64,000 bases of DNA from Octopus sinensis (taxonomy: Eukaryota): positions 67,704,001 to 67,768,000 of the forward strand of contig NC_043009.1 of NCBI RefSeq assembly GCF_006345805.1. Reading direction: 5' to 3'. The position numbers and the translations under genes were made by a program. Positions 11,941 through 25,831 of the stretch are shown here, in pieces (the stretch's first letter is position 1; each line of letters opens with the position of its first letter). The notes under the pieces were generated by a model. That model did not search any database. It worked only from the letters and a program-made list of their open reading frames with translations, and was not told the DNA's origin.

Positions 11941-12524
11941 TGTATGTATTTATGCATGTATGTATAAATATATATACATGCATAAATACATACATATATA
12001 CATACATACCTGTTTGACGGTACGTTGAACCGGAAGTAGTCGCATGGTGACGATGAAAGATCTGTTGAGCTGTTTCACCAATTGGAATGCATACAAAAAT
12101 TGTCACATTCACTTTTGCTGCATCTATCGTATTGTCATAATTTTTCTTGCTCCTCCGTGACACAGTTACAGAAAGATTTACACTCTGCATGTATGTATAT
12201 ATGTATGTATTTACGTATAAATTTGTTTGTATACGACAAAGGAGGGACGAACCCAGTAGAGTCAACAGCCATCCAGCAGTTAAGAGTGAGAGGCCTCTAG
12301 GCTTTGTTTAGACATTTCTCTTGGCGAAAGAAATTCTGAGATGATAACCGCTTCAGTGCGGAGCCGAGAATCTTGTTCTTGATTGTCTTCGAACTAATGA
12401 GTTTTGTAGGGGAGATTCTTGGCAGTGTTGAGCAAACTGTTATTCACTGTAAATTTCAGTTTACATTTTCGGCCATTATATATATGTATGTATTACGTGT
12501 TTATATATGTACGTGTGTGCGTGC

Positions 12525-12596
<72 letters not shown>

Positions 12597-12984
12597 TGTA
12601 AGAAAGACGTTTTATTAAAGACTTTTAGTATATCCTCATATAGCCTTTATTTTTTAGTTCGGAATAGTTAATTCCCAAGTACTTCAACGTTTCGCGACTT
12701 TTCAACATCTTCTGTATAAAATGATAAGATTGATGCGATATTTCGGCGTTTTGTAGCCGGCAACAAGAGATCATAGTTATAATGTTGTAAGTTATAAAAT
12801 CATCAGTACCGGTTTTAGAAACCTTTAATTGTTGACTTCTGCTTACTCTCATAATTTGTCTCGCGCGTTTTATCTCTCTGTTGACTTTTTAATTTCATTT
12901 TACTTCAACAATCTTCCCTTCCAGATTTAAGCTTCTGTTTTTCGCTTTGTTTGTTCGTTTTTATCTTTATTGGATGATAAATGT

Positions 12985-13725
12985 GCAACATGACCGAATT
13001 GTTAAGATGCTCGCTTCATAACCTCAAGGTTCTGTGTTCGACCCAAATGCATAGTATGTTGGGCAAATGTCATTTTTTATAGCCTGGTTCGACCTCTAGC
13101 TTTTGAATGAAACTATAAGGACGGAAACCGAATAGCTGTCCGTCCGGTGGATTGAAGTTCTAATTGAAAATGTACAGTCTTGTCACACATTGCATCACAC
13201 TGACAGTGGAGTCGCAATGGCCCAGTGGTTAGGGCAGCGGACTCGCGGTCGTAGGATCGCGGTTTCGATTCCCAGACCGGGCGTTGTGAGTGTTTATTGA
13301 GCGAAAACACCTAAAAGCTCCACGAGACTCCGGCAGGGATGGTGGTGATCCCTGCTGTACTCTTTCACCACAACTTTCTCTCACTCTTACTTCCTGTTTC
13401 TGTTGTACCTGTATTTCAAAGGGCCGGCCTTGTCACTCTCTGTGTCACGCTGAATATCCCCGAGAACTACGTTAAGGGTTCACGTGTCTGTGGAGTGCTC
13501 AGCCACTTACACGTTAATTTCACGAGCAGGCTGTTCTGTTGATCGGATCAACCGGAACCCTCGTCGTCGTAACCGACGGAGCGCTTCCACATCCACATCA
13601 CACTGTCAGAGAACTAAGTTAAAAGTGTCTGCGGAATGATCGCCCGTTTACTTATTAATTCAAAGGGAGGCTATTCAGTTAATCGCACGACTACATCTTC
13701 AGTGACGAGCGACGGCGATCTGGTA
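12985..13725 (+). mobile_element. Old SINE interrupted by a younger SINE at 13207-13595
   Basis: Degenerate tRNA head near 12985-13080; after the insertion its tail (GAGAACTAAGTTAAAAG...CGACGGCG) is homologous to the tail of the inserted SINE. Confidence 0.55.
13207..13595 (+). mobile_element. Full-length tRNA-derived SINE (family C) with 14-bp TSD
   Basis: TGGCCCAGTGGTTAGG A box, GGTTTCGATTCCC B box; TSD CATCACACTG(A/T)CAG at 13193-13206 and 13596-13609. Confidence 0.9.
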
Positions 13726-13811
13726 TCGTAGTGTTAGATACTATTATTTTTCTACTTTTGAGCGCGTGGTCACGTGACAATAAGCTAAGTAAGTAATCAA
13801 CATATTGTTAT

Positions 13812-13969
13812 GCGCATGATGTGGCTATTCGGTAAATAGCTTGCTTACCAACCACGTTGTTCCGGGTTCAATCTCACTGCGTAGCACCTTGGGCAAGGGT
13901 CTTCTACCTCGGGCTGACCAAAAGGTTTGTGAGTGGATTTCGTAGACGGAAAATGAAAGAAGCCCATCG

Positions 13970-14015
<46 letters not shown>

Positions 14016-14205
14016 TGGTGTGTGTGTGTTTGTGTTTGTGCCCCTACCATCGCTTGACAACCGACGTTGGTGTGTTTACGTCCCAGTTACTTAACGGTTC
14101 GGCAAAGGAGACTGATAGAATAAGTACTAGATTTACAAAGAATAAGTCCTAAGGTCGATTCGTTCGACTAAAGGCGGTGGTCCATCATGGCCGTAGTCAA
14201 ATGTC

Positions 14206-14210
<5 letters not shown>
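13812..14210 (+). mobile_element. SINE family B (tRNA head, internal microsatellite, 3' module)
   Basis: GTGGCT..GGTAA..AGCTTGCTTACCAACCAC..GTTCCGGGTTCA...CACCTTGGGCAAG; (TA)(TG) spacer; CTTGACAACCGA...GATAGAATAAGTACTAG...GGCGGTG..CCA.CATGGCCG. Confidence 0.88.
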
Positions 14211-14251
<41 letters not shown>

Positions 14252-14261
14252 CATATATATT

Positions 14262-14930
14262 AGACTACCCGTTGGGTCACTGGGGATCCGAGTTTCCCAG
14301 CAACGGAATCTTGTTTCGTGGGTTTAGAGTTTCTTCCCTTTCAGGATGAAGTTAAATTCGGAACATTTTCCCATTATGCACCGTTTTGGGTATTCATACC
14401 CGCCAAACTCCATGAGTAATGTTTCTATTTACGTGAAACTTGTTTCATTCCATTCATATTAACATTTCGGGGTAAAGTTAATTCATAGTCTTTCCCCATT
14501 ATGCTTCAGTTTGGCTGAATAACATTGCAAATAAGCAAGCAAGATTCAAACTGACTTTTAATGTATATAAGGAGGGATAGACAGAGATATTTTATTCTTT
14601 ATAAAAACCTCTTCAAGAGAAACCGTGTGCTGAGACAGAATATTGTTATATTTTGTGAAGGTTTCTTTTTTTAATAAAATAACGACCTCGGTAGCAGTCT
14701 GAGCCGTTTTTTATTTGTTTTTTATTGATTCCTGGAATCTTAACTGGTTTTCTGAGACCATTCTTTTGGCCTGGTCATTATGTACTCCTTGTGGTGAGTC
14801 TGTTCGTGTAGATATATGTATGTATGCATCAGTATTTTATGAATGGGTTTGTTGGGTTTGTTGTCAAGTTCGTGTGTGACGTGCGTGTGATAAAGGCGTG
14901 TGTATGCATGTGTATGTGATGGACGCCAGT
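14262..14930. mobile_element. Unclassified 670-bp insertion within (TA)n
   Basis: Complex sequence bounded on both sides by TA tracts; no recognised coding motif. Confidence 0.35.
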
Positions 14931-14978
14931 ATATTTATATATATATATATATAGATATATATATATATATCTAGTATG

Positions 14979-15021
<43 letters not shown>

Positions 15022-15027
15022 GTATAT

Positions 15028-15074
<47 letters not shown>

Positions 15075-15075
15075 G

Positions 15076-15108
<33 letters not shown>

Positions 15109-16086
15109 ATATATGTGTGCGCCTATTTAGGTATGCAGGTGTGCTTTTATCGATATATTTATTTTCTTATACTTTAGTTCAATAGAGTCTTCATTGTTGT
15201 TATTTATCTTTCTGTCAACTGTATTGGGGTTAATTCAGTTTACAGAGGCGCCGGAAGTAGGTAATGGCTGACAGTGCCCGGTAGGTGTCGTTTTGTAGGT
15301 AGTGGTGAGGGGTGGGGTTGAGATGGTATGTCTTAATCTACTTGTTTCAATTTACTTGTTTCAACGCCTCTTTGCTTTTTTATAGCTTTATTCTTTCAAT
15401 GAAGATGGTATCCACACATATACACACACATACACACACTCATACACACACCTATACTCATACACACACGGCCATTTATTTGCTTCCGGTGCCACTAGAA
15501 GCTGAATTAAACCTCTAATGTATATAACAGACTTACAGACAGCGACAATAACATTGAAAATAAAAAGAAAATTAAAATCAAATATAAATAACATGAAACG
15601 ATGGCAAAGTTCAGACACATACACACACGCAATACGAAGACATATACACACATACACACAGCGAAACCATGGACATAAATATGATTACATATATATCCAC
15701 ATAGAAACATAGGCGCAAACTTATAACAGCCATGCTCACCATCACGGCCGTTACTATCAACATCCACTTCACCGTCTATACACACATACACACACACACA
15801 CACACACATGCACACACACATACACGCACACGCACACACGCACACACAAACACACACGTCAACCTTCAAGAGAACGTAGCATTCAGAAAAAAAGTCATTG
15901 AAAAGGCTACAGACGTGTAACGAAAGTCTTTCACAAATCAATCAATCAATGTACCACAAGTGGGTGTTTTTTATTGGCAAAATGTCCTCCGAAAACAAAT
16001 TCGTTTGAATACATGTGTGCGAGTGTGCGTATGTGCATGCGTGTTGTGTGTGTGTGTGTGTGTGTATGTGTGTGTATGTATGCATG

Positions 16087-16177
<91 letters not shown>

Positions 16178-16244
16178 TATATATTCATATATATCATATA
16201 TATTCATATATATTATATATATGAATATATATATATGAATAAAC

Positions 16245-16275
<31 letters not shown>

Positions 16276-16636
16276 TGTATGTATGTGTGTGTATGTGTAT
16301 GTATGTATGTATGTATGTGTGTGTATGTATGTATGTAGTATGTATGTATGTATGTATGTATGTGTGTGTATGTATGTATTATGTATGTATGTATGTGTGT
16401 GTATGTGTATGTATGTATTATGTATGTATGTATGTATGTATGTATGTATGTGTGTGCGTAAGTATGTACTATTTTCAGACACACACATATATATATATTT
16501 ACAGGTACAAATTTACAAATATAACTCGTTTTCCCTGTCTTTCATCACCTGCGGTCATAGATATTTAATAAAGACTGAAAGACTTCGATCGCGGAAAAAT
16601 CGACAGAACTGGTGCCACTCTAAGGCATCTCTAGAG

Positions 16637-16775
16637 CAGTGATCCGCAACCATTTTTCACTTGCGGTGCACTCATATTCCTTTCAAAATTCGGAAGCGAA
16701 AAAATAATATTCAGGTTACAGTGCGGCACACCTAACATCGTCTCATGGCACACCAGTTTACCACGGCATACCTTA
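16637..16775 (+). mobile_element. hAT-Charlie-like MITE fragment
   Basis: CTCTAGAG|CAGTGATCCGCAACC start (Charlie-type TCTAGA target); internal GCGGCACACC...ATGGCACACC...CACGGCA repeats. Confidence 0.5.
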
Positions 16776-17204
16776 CTTGACGGGGTGTGTAACTTGGAGA
16801 TCAGGGTGTCTTTGTAGGCCAACCCACTATCTCTTCATATTGAGAAATCACAGAACCGATACTACGCACACGTAATTATAAAGAATCACAAGAATCTTAG
16901 GAAACGCATGACTAATTCTTCAAGCCAGGTCAACCGGTGCGAAGTGCAGAGGTAAACCGAGAAAAAGATGGTATAATAATATTGGTTTGTCACTTTTGAG
17001 AGTCCAGCCATAAGCCTCATAACGGTTGGTTCCTATAGGACTCTAATCAGGCGGTGGCTAAGGACTTTAACGCAACAATTCTTCCGGGAATACTTAGAGG
17101 AGAAGATAGATCGGTGTATGTATATACATGTGTGTGTTTGTGTGTGTACAGAAATATATATATATATACTTAGTATATAAAAGTATATGTGCATACATAT
17201 ATAC

Positions 17205-17265
<61 letters not shown>

Positions 17266-17329
17266 TAGCCAGGACAGAACGTAAATCTACATAACAAATA
17301 CACAACTGGATTAATAATTATGCAATTAG

Positions 17330-18135
17330 ACGCGAGTATGGCCGTGTGGTTAAGAAGCCTGCTCTGTAGCCACATGGTTTCAGGTTCAGTCGCACTGCGT
17401 GGTACCTTGGGCTGGTGTCATCTACAATCGCCCCGGGACGACGAATACCTTGCGATTGAAGTTAGCAGACAGAAACTGTATGGAAGTCCGTCGTACATGT
17501 ATGTGTATTTATGTGTGTTTCTGTGTGTCATATGTATATGTATGCATATAGAAGTAAGTTTAAGGATAAGCTAGTTAGGCCAGTCGATATACAAAACATA
17601 TTAGATACATTTAAAGCAGCTTTTGAACTCCTAAAACTATTATTCAACCCTTTTAATTCCTGATATCATGTATTTTCTGTGTAAGTCGGACCTTCTTCTA
17701 TGTAAACATATGTATTTAATATTTTTTGTAAATGAAGGGACAAGCAACTTGCTTGTCCTGACATTTACACCTCCATCTGCTCAAGTTTAAATCTCTTGTG
17801 CGCTACGAAGTGTATTCTATACGGAGAATATCACTTCCGTATCTGTAAACTATATGTATGCATGTATGTGTGTATGTATTATGTATGTATGTATTATGTA
17901 TGTATGTATGTATGTATGCATGCATGCCTGTAGGCCTTAATATTTGCGTTTGCCCTCCACCATTGCTTGACTACCAGTGTTGGTTTGTTTACGTCCCCTT
18001 AAAATAATAGTTCGGTGAAAGAAAACGATAGAATGACTACCAGATATAAAGATAAGGACTGAACTCAATCTTATTCGGTTAAACATTTCAAAGTGGTGCC
18101 CCAGCATGGCCGCAGTCCAACCGGTGAAACAAACA
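17330..18135 (+). mobile_element. SINE family B head (17330-17500) and tail (17950-18135) modules
   Basis: GGCCGTGTGGTTAAGAAG...GGTTCAGTCGCACTGCGTGG.ACCTTGGGC; tail CATTGCTTGAC..CCAGTGTTGG...CAGCATGGCCGCAGTC. Confidence 0.7.
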
Positions 18136-18295
18136 GAACAAACATTAAGGAACGGATAAATACACAAACACACACGGACACACTCCCACACACAGCCAAA
18201 CACACACAAACACACTCTCACACACACAAACACACATGCATACACACACACATAGAAACACACACAAATACACTCACACGCATACATACACTGTG

Positions 18296-18518
18296 TCTTG
18301 TTTCAGTCATTCGACTCCGGCCACGCTGGAGCATCGCCTTGAAGAATCTTTACTCGAATGAATGGATGAATGTACCCCAGTATTTATTTTCTTAGCCTCT
18401 TACTTATTTTATTGATGCCTTTTGCCGAACCGCTAATTTAGGAGCACGTGAACACACCAACACTAGTTGTCAAACGGTGATGAGAAGACAAATACAGGCA
18501 CAAAGACACACAGATAGG

Positions 18519-18570
<52 letters not shown>

Positions 18571-18575
18571 CAGAC

Positions 18576-18634
<59 letters not shown>

Positions 18635-18770
18635 AAGAGATTTTCTTCTTTCAGTTGCTGTCTATCAAAACCACTCAAAAGGCTGTAGTAGAAGACACTT
18701 GCCTAAGGTACCACTCAGCGGGCCTGAACCCGGAACTACGTGGTTGGGAAGCAAGCTTCTTACCACATGT
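18296..18770 (-). mobile_element. SINE family B copy
   Basis: Reverse-complement tail 18296-18480, GA/GACA microsatellite, head 18640-18770. Confidence 0.75.
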
Positions 18771-19297
18771 GTATAAATGCATGAATAAAACAAATACATA
18801 CACATACATATCACATATGCTTCAAGTCGTTTCACTCGCATTGTACCGTTAACTCCAGTCTACAGTAAGTCTCGGTTTTAATTCGGCGCCCACATTTAAC
18901 AGATTTACAATGCTCACACCACATATTTACTCGGTCGCAGAGTTTGTGAGAGATCACAAGATGAAAGCATATGAGTATATTGACGCATGAACGTGATGGC
19001 GATGACCTATTCAACTGAGTCGTATCCTGTCGTCGCCTGAGGTTCCAAGTCTCAGAGAGACTTTCGCTGTGAGCTTAGATCCAACTGAATAAATTTCGAT
19101 TAAACTGTCGCAGAAAAGAATTACCGTTTTTCTTTGATATTATTGATATCAATCTCTTTCCTTCTCTTTCTTGCCGTCTATCAATTGATTTATATTTCTG
19201 TTCATCTCTCTCTTTCTCTATTTCTCTCTCTCTTTAAGTATTTATCATCAGTGCAATCTCATATATATGTGCGAGTGTGTTTGTGTGTGTTTCTATG

Positions 19298-19388
<91 letters not shown>

Positions 19389-19989
19389 CATATATACATA
19401 CAGTGTATGTCTATATGGATATGTATGCACATGTATATATGTATACACGTATGTTTATATGCATACAGTATATATGTGTATATATATGCAAATATGTATG
19501 TGTGTGCATACGTATATGTATGTGTATATATACATATATCTGTATATATATATGTATATATATATATACATAGATATACAGATAGATAGAGAGATAGATA
19601 TATAGATAGATATATTCATTCTCAGGTGTTATAATATGGACGTGTGAACAGATGAAAAGATTTCACTCAATACATTGTATGGAGTATAGTTATAAGTAAT
19701 CAGTTCCTGATCCTCTACTTAAATTTTCAACCAAACGTAAAGCGAGAACAACATTCGAATAACATTTATAAACGGAGAAGCAGCTGCATATGACTGGTGA
19801 GGCTGCTTCTTACTGGTCACTAGTAAGATCGGTTCTTATTGCAAAGCAGATCATGGAGTAAAAACATTTGCAGGCAGATTCCCGACAGGCTACACATTTG
19901 TAATGGTGGGGGTGCTAACTTACAAAGAGTACAGGCATCGATACGTAAGACAATGTAATGTTAATCGTAATCAATAACTTCTTGAAGTT

Positions 19990-21530
19990 TCTGAATTTGC
20001 ATCGTTTGCTCAAGATTTCCAGCCATTCTTCAGATGAAACTTCTACTTGAGACGATAGCTAGAGACTAACTCTGAATTTTCCTGCGGAATACCATGGGAT
20101 ATTTCAGTATCTCGTACTTTTCAGTCATGTAAATAATGCAGCTACGTAATCCGTAGTCATATAAACTGTCTCTGGCAACACTATTCCAATTTATGATAGA
20201 GCAGTCATGTCCTTGATCCATGTGTTTATAAATATATCGCGAGAGCTAAGTGGTGTTTTCACTTACCATAAAGCTAAATGGATAAGCATTTTGCTTGTAA
20301 CGCTCATTAAATTTGTCAGTGATGAGTTTTGTGGAGTGACAAGATCTCTTGTATGGATAAGAAGATCAATTTTAACAATTACAAGAAGGTTGTACTGATA
20401 TGCTTTTATTTGTGGTTATTTGATGATGGAAGAGATGTTGTCTAGACAAGTGTAGCTCATTTTAACATTGTATGCATTAAAGAGTTCGTATTTTAGTTGG
20501 ATCTCAGTAGAAAAAAATTTTTTTGGCTATGTTCGGGACGTCTAAATAAGAGAGAGGTCGTTCGGCAAGATCATTTTCTTCCTCCTGACTCTACACTGAA
20601 TTGTTCTGGAAGGAGTAAGCTCCATGTAAACTAGCGTCTTGCTGAAGAGGCTTCTGGGGAGAATATCATTCCAAAAGAGGACTATGCTAACTAAAATTTC
20701 TCTGTCCGAGGGTAAGATGGAAACCCTTCTACTTATTCAGTCTGCTATGTGTCTAATTGCAAGTTGAGAGAATTGGACGTGTAAATTGCTCCGGTTTCTT
20801 ATAACAGTAGGGTTTATGTGTCTTAGGATATAATGTAATACTACAAAGTTAACTATCATTCGGCTTTTACAAATAGTTAGATATTAGCCCAACATTTTGT
20901 CTAGTAAGTCTATTCTAAATTTGTGTATCCAGTAATTGTGCACGAAATTACCAGGCCTTCATTTCTATAAAAACCGACGTCCTGTGCAAATCGTATTTTA
21001 AAGAGTGTCAAGGATCAACAAACGCACAAGATCCCCCCACTCCATGATTGCATATCTTCCTTTGGAGGCGGCGATCAGTGCGCAACTGTCCTTTATGACC
21101 CAACAGGAATTTATAAAAATTCCTACAGAAGTAATTACTGTCATGTCCATTACTGTCATATTGTTCGGGCCGCTAATTGTAATACTACACGGGGGGTAGG
21201 AGTTTCAGAAAGCGATATTTTAGTATAAATGAATCCAAACGGCAGATGACTTTATTTTAAATACCATAGGACCATTTTATAATCGTCTTTTAAATTTGGG
21301 GTTTATGGCGCCGGCGCCAAGAATGCAATGAACAAATTTACGATTCCATTTTGGTAGGGGTTCATTAGCCTACATTTGATAGAAGAATAAGTTGAAAATA
21401 TAGTTTTTTTTTTAGGAGTAATGCAATAATCATTCTCAAAAATTTTCAGTCGCCAGAAAATATGCAGCCGATCAATGCAAATTTGAGAAGTCCAAGTAAT
21501 ACACACATTTAATAGCCAGGTTCAGTGCCT
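19990..21530 (-). pseudogene. Heavily decayed Penelope-like element (Naiad-like motifs)
   Basis: Minus-strand remnants read by eye: TYSSI (FYPSI-like), LFNAYNVKMSYTCLDNISSIIK, PSCNC, FNERY, LSRYI, INWNSVAR..YDYGLRSC..MTEKYEILKY, NSELVS; many stops and frameshifts. Confidence 0.65.
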
Positions 21531-21689
21531 TCTTGAAACAACTTTGACCCTGGAACAGTAAGGAACTAGTTTAGTAACAACTGCAAGTATAAAAATATTC
21601 AAATCTTTTAAATCTTTTGTTTTATCATACTTTCTCAACCTTCTCCCATTCCTCTCACACTTCGTCTTTCTCTCTCTCCTCTCTCATTT

Positions 21690-21725
<36 letters not shown>

Positions 21726-23948
21726 TTTTGCTAAGAAATCTTCTCTTAGCATGAAATCAGTGGTAGCCTTCCTAACCTGCAAATAAAAAAAGTATATACA
21801 TGTGTGTTTACATAAACAACTTTTAGGAACGGTGAATCTCGAAGCAAATACAGCCTTTTACTTTTCTATCCAATATTTACGCGCTATTATTTGTAGATTC
21901 ATTTGCTTCGAGATTCGCCGTTTCTATTCTAAAAAGAACTATTTCACGTTTTCGAAGTGCCAAACTTCTTGTGACGTCAGCAAGACGTGTTTGTGTGTGT
22001 GTGTGTCAAGTGAGGTCTGTACTAAAAAGCATCTTCCTCCACTTGTTTTGTTGTGAACAACTTCATCAGAGAAAATAACACGAAAAACAAAAAAAAAAGA
22101 ACTGGTTCGCTACAGATGTTCCTAGAATAAACCTACCTTGTTTTTCTCTGATTATTTATTCATTATCTCTGCTCAATAGATGTTACAATTTCTGGCTTGT
22201 GCATCTACGTCATACGATTAGGTGTATATCAGCATAGGTGTGTACTGAGGCGTACAGGGCTCCGAATAATTGGCTGCATGTCGTGCTTATTCACACATTA
22301 ATACCAAGTTATATAAACATGCATACGTGCACACACACATACACACACACACATCTATATATATTACACATGTAAGTACAAGTATGTATATATATATGTA
22401 TATGTATATATGTATATATATATATATATAGATATAGATATATATGTATATATATATATATGATACTTGTACGGATATATATATATATATTATATATATA
22501 TATATATATGTATATATATGTATATATATAGATATATATGTATGTATATATATGATACTTGTACGGATGTATATATATATATATATATATACATGCAAAT
22601 ATTAGCATATATGTGTGTATTCAAGCTAGAGTTACCCAGTAACCTGCCTTACCTGGGTTTATTAGTAAAACAAATACAATCTCAAGAATTCATTGTTCTT
22701 CGCATACCTAACGCAGAAAACATGAAGCGGTAACACAAACATGACTATTTTGCGGACGACTCGCGAAATTTGCCAACTGCTGCACGGATAACTGAACATT
22801 TGCATAAAAAAGAGTCACAAAAGTTTCAGCAAAAAGCAGATCGCGTTACAAACTAGCCCCAGATGAGATTTCCATTTGTAAACTGATAAAATATATTGGC
22901 GAAATTTTGCAATGAACACCTCTGTATTTAGTTTTCACTTTTTCCATTTTACCTTTTATAAATTTAAGATTTCTATACGATCTCTATAAGTCAACTCTCC
23001 AGATGGTAGGCATTCGCTTCCCTGATTACAATATATCGAACCCAGGTTGTGTCGTTAACCAGCTGAAGAAGATATTCTGAAAGGCCTTTAATAATCTTTC
23101 ATAAATAAATGATAATTTACAGTTGTGTACTTATTGCCCAAATCTGCCCATACATGTCCTTGTATATACACACACCTGACTCTCGGTAAATAGGTACTTA
23201 GTTTACTTATTTGATCATTTTTGACATGATCAACGGGATTTTTTCCCTTCAGAATTTCAAGGAAGCACAAAGCTCAAACATAAAGAAGCATGCCTGAGAA
23301 TTAACGCAATCTTCCGCCTCCTTTTTGTTCAACCTAGCAACAAATGAAACGCCAATTTTCGCAATGGAATGAACACCAATATAGAATATGTTTGGCTCTA
23401 ATTGTTTTTCCCCGCTATTAAATCAGCCATATATATATATCTATATATTACGCATTTTCAATGAAAGGATATTGTATACATGAGTGACATAGAGGCAGAA
23501 ATGAAATAAAATTAATTGAATATATTCGTAAAAACGAACATTTTGTTGTCCTGCCATCTATTACGTTTAAATAACATATACTTGGGCTTTCAGCAACTCA
23601 GATTTTTAATTTGTAAAATAAATTTTCGTTTATCGAAAATATATATTTGTCATTACAGAACCAATTTCCTATTTCTATATACATATTCTCATAGAGATAT
23701 TGGCAGTGGAGAGTATGAAATATTATTATTCAAAGCCTGCAACAAGTCTCCCTATTTTCCTTTCCTCGTAACAGAAAATAATTTCGTTCCAAAGTCGACA
23801 TTTTTCATAAATTTTATTTTCTGAAATTATTTAGTGAAGTCATATGCCTTGTGATGTATTCCTTACACCCACTCAAAATTTCATCAAACTACATGCAAAA
23901 CTATGGCCCAAGTCTTCGAACATGCATACACAAACATACACACACACA

Positions 23949-24048
<100 letters not shown>

Positions 24049-24188
24049 GAAGCCACTCGGTCTTATCACTAAAGGTGCGAAATTGAATACAAACAATTTG
24101 GTTGATAACTGATGAAGAATTAGAGGCTGTCTGTATCTTATACGTACAAGTCATCTTTTGTTATTTATTTACAATGCCTTTTTCCATT

Positions 24189-24223
<35 letters not shown>

Positions 24224-24225
<2 letters not shown>

Positions 24226-24450
24226 TTTTACTTGTTTTAGTTATTAGACTGCAGCCATGCTAGAGCACCACCTTAAAGAGTTGTTTTACTCGAACAATAG
24301 ACCCCCAGGATTTATTCTTTATAAGCCTAGTACTTATTCTATCGGACAAAATTTTGCCGAGCCGCTAAGTTGTGGGGACGTAAACACACCAACATCAGTT
24401 GTCAAATGACGGCAGTGGGGGACAAACACAGACACAAAGACACAAAGACA
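24224..24450 (-). mobile_element. SINE family B tail module
   Basis: CTTTTACTTGTTTTAG..ATT.GACTGCAGCCATGCT...CCTAGTACTTATTCTATCGG...GGGGACGTAAACACACCAAC. Confidence 0.8.
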
Positions 24451-24527
24451 TATATATATATAATATATATATATATATATTATATATATATATATCACTG
24501 CTGTCTCTCAATTTTTTTATTTCAACT

Positions 24528-24563
24528 TTTCCTTTGAGGAAGGACCGTGTCCGAAACGTCGAA
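24528..24563 (+). ncRNA. Degenerate minimal hammerhead motif (PLE type)
   Basis: TTGAGGA a GGAC cgt GTCC GAAAC GTC; stem I poorly paired. Confidence 0.45.
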
Positions 24564-25435
24564 TTTTACTCTCTACACGCAATTTCACCGCATTCTTTTG
24601 ATCAACTTGACTCTGTTGTGTATAAATACATACATTATATACATTGTATATAAATGCATACATCTGCGCAAGCGCGTGTGTGTGTGTGTATTACTGGTGG
24701 AAGACCATATTTCTTTGTACAATCATAATATACAAATATGTTAAAGGATTATAAATCACTACTGTGTTTTACCTGGGTTAACAGTGCGAGTCAATCACCT
24801 TTTTGGAAATTAGAGCCAGCACTGAAAGTTAGGGAGTTTCATATACGAATACGTCTACGTAAACAGTATGATCAACGAGAGTAAAATAGGCAATGGGTGT
24901 GTATGCATATTTAGGAAGTAATTGCTTCTTCTTCAGTACCAGACCCAACCTATTGGCTGTCCGCGAACACGTTGCTTAAATAGCCACTACAATTAGCGGT
25001 GTAACACTATTGTAGAGATCAATTTTATACATTAAACACATTTCTGGCGACTGGTACGGACATATATTACAGCATTTGTCAGTTCCTTAATCTTATCTAT
25101 TTTTATATCTATCCTTGTGTGCGTTTGCGCGTCGCACACTCGCCCGCCTGTGTGTGCTTACACGAGTAAAGCAATCATATTTTGAGCATCGGATATCTGT
25201 CTCGTATTCATCCGAAATATAAATAATGATGGGAATCTATTTACTTTGAAGCAGATGGAATCCTTTCTCTTTCACAAGATATCGATTAGAGCAAAAGCCT
25301 TCTCTACACATTTCTTTCTTATTTTTTTCCAATTCCAAAGCTGCTTTTCTTTATTTGTCGACATAGCCCCGGCTTTTTCGCCTCTCTCTCTATCTCTCTC
25401 ACTACACACACACACACATATACACATAAATATAT

Positions 25436-25496
<61 letters not shown>

Positions 25497-25740
25497 ATAT
25501 ATATATGTATATATATATGGATAGATCGTTATCTATCCATAGTGATTGGTTAGAAGGGCAATTTGTCCTACTCAATCACTTAGAGCATATAAATACGTGT
25601 GTGTATATACATGCATATTTATATACATACGTATGTGTATATGTGTGTGTATAAATACACACATATATCTATGTGATGTATGTGTGTAGATAGATAGATA
25701 CATACATACATACATACACACATAGATAGACTGATAGGTT

Positions 25741-25785
<45 letters not shown>

Positions 25786-25798
25786 ATAGATAAACGCA

Positions 25799-25830
<32 letters not shown>

Positions 25831-25831
<1 letters not shown>

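Noticed and set aside
13207-13285. tRNA gene (also 42249-42320 and 1760-1835)
   Set aside because: A and B boxes are present, but the sequences run into SINE bodies or are truncated and lack a complete acceptor stem.
23063-23090. CTGAAGA-AGA-tat-TCT-GAAA-GGCCTT hammerhead-like core
   Set aside because: No stem I pairing between the flanks and no element context; may be chance.
24100-24156. CTGATGA followed by AGA...TCT and CGTAC in a small TA-embedded element
   Set aside because: The GAAA box is absent (reads TATA) and there is no valid NUH triplet; at best a dead motif, so it is not counted.
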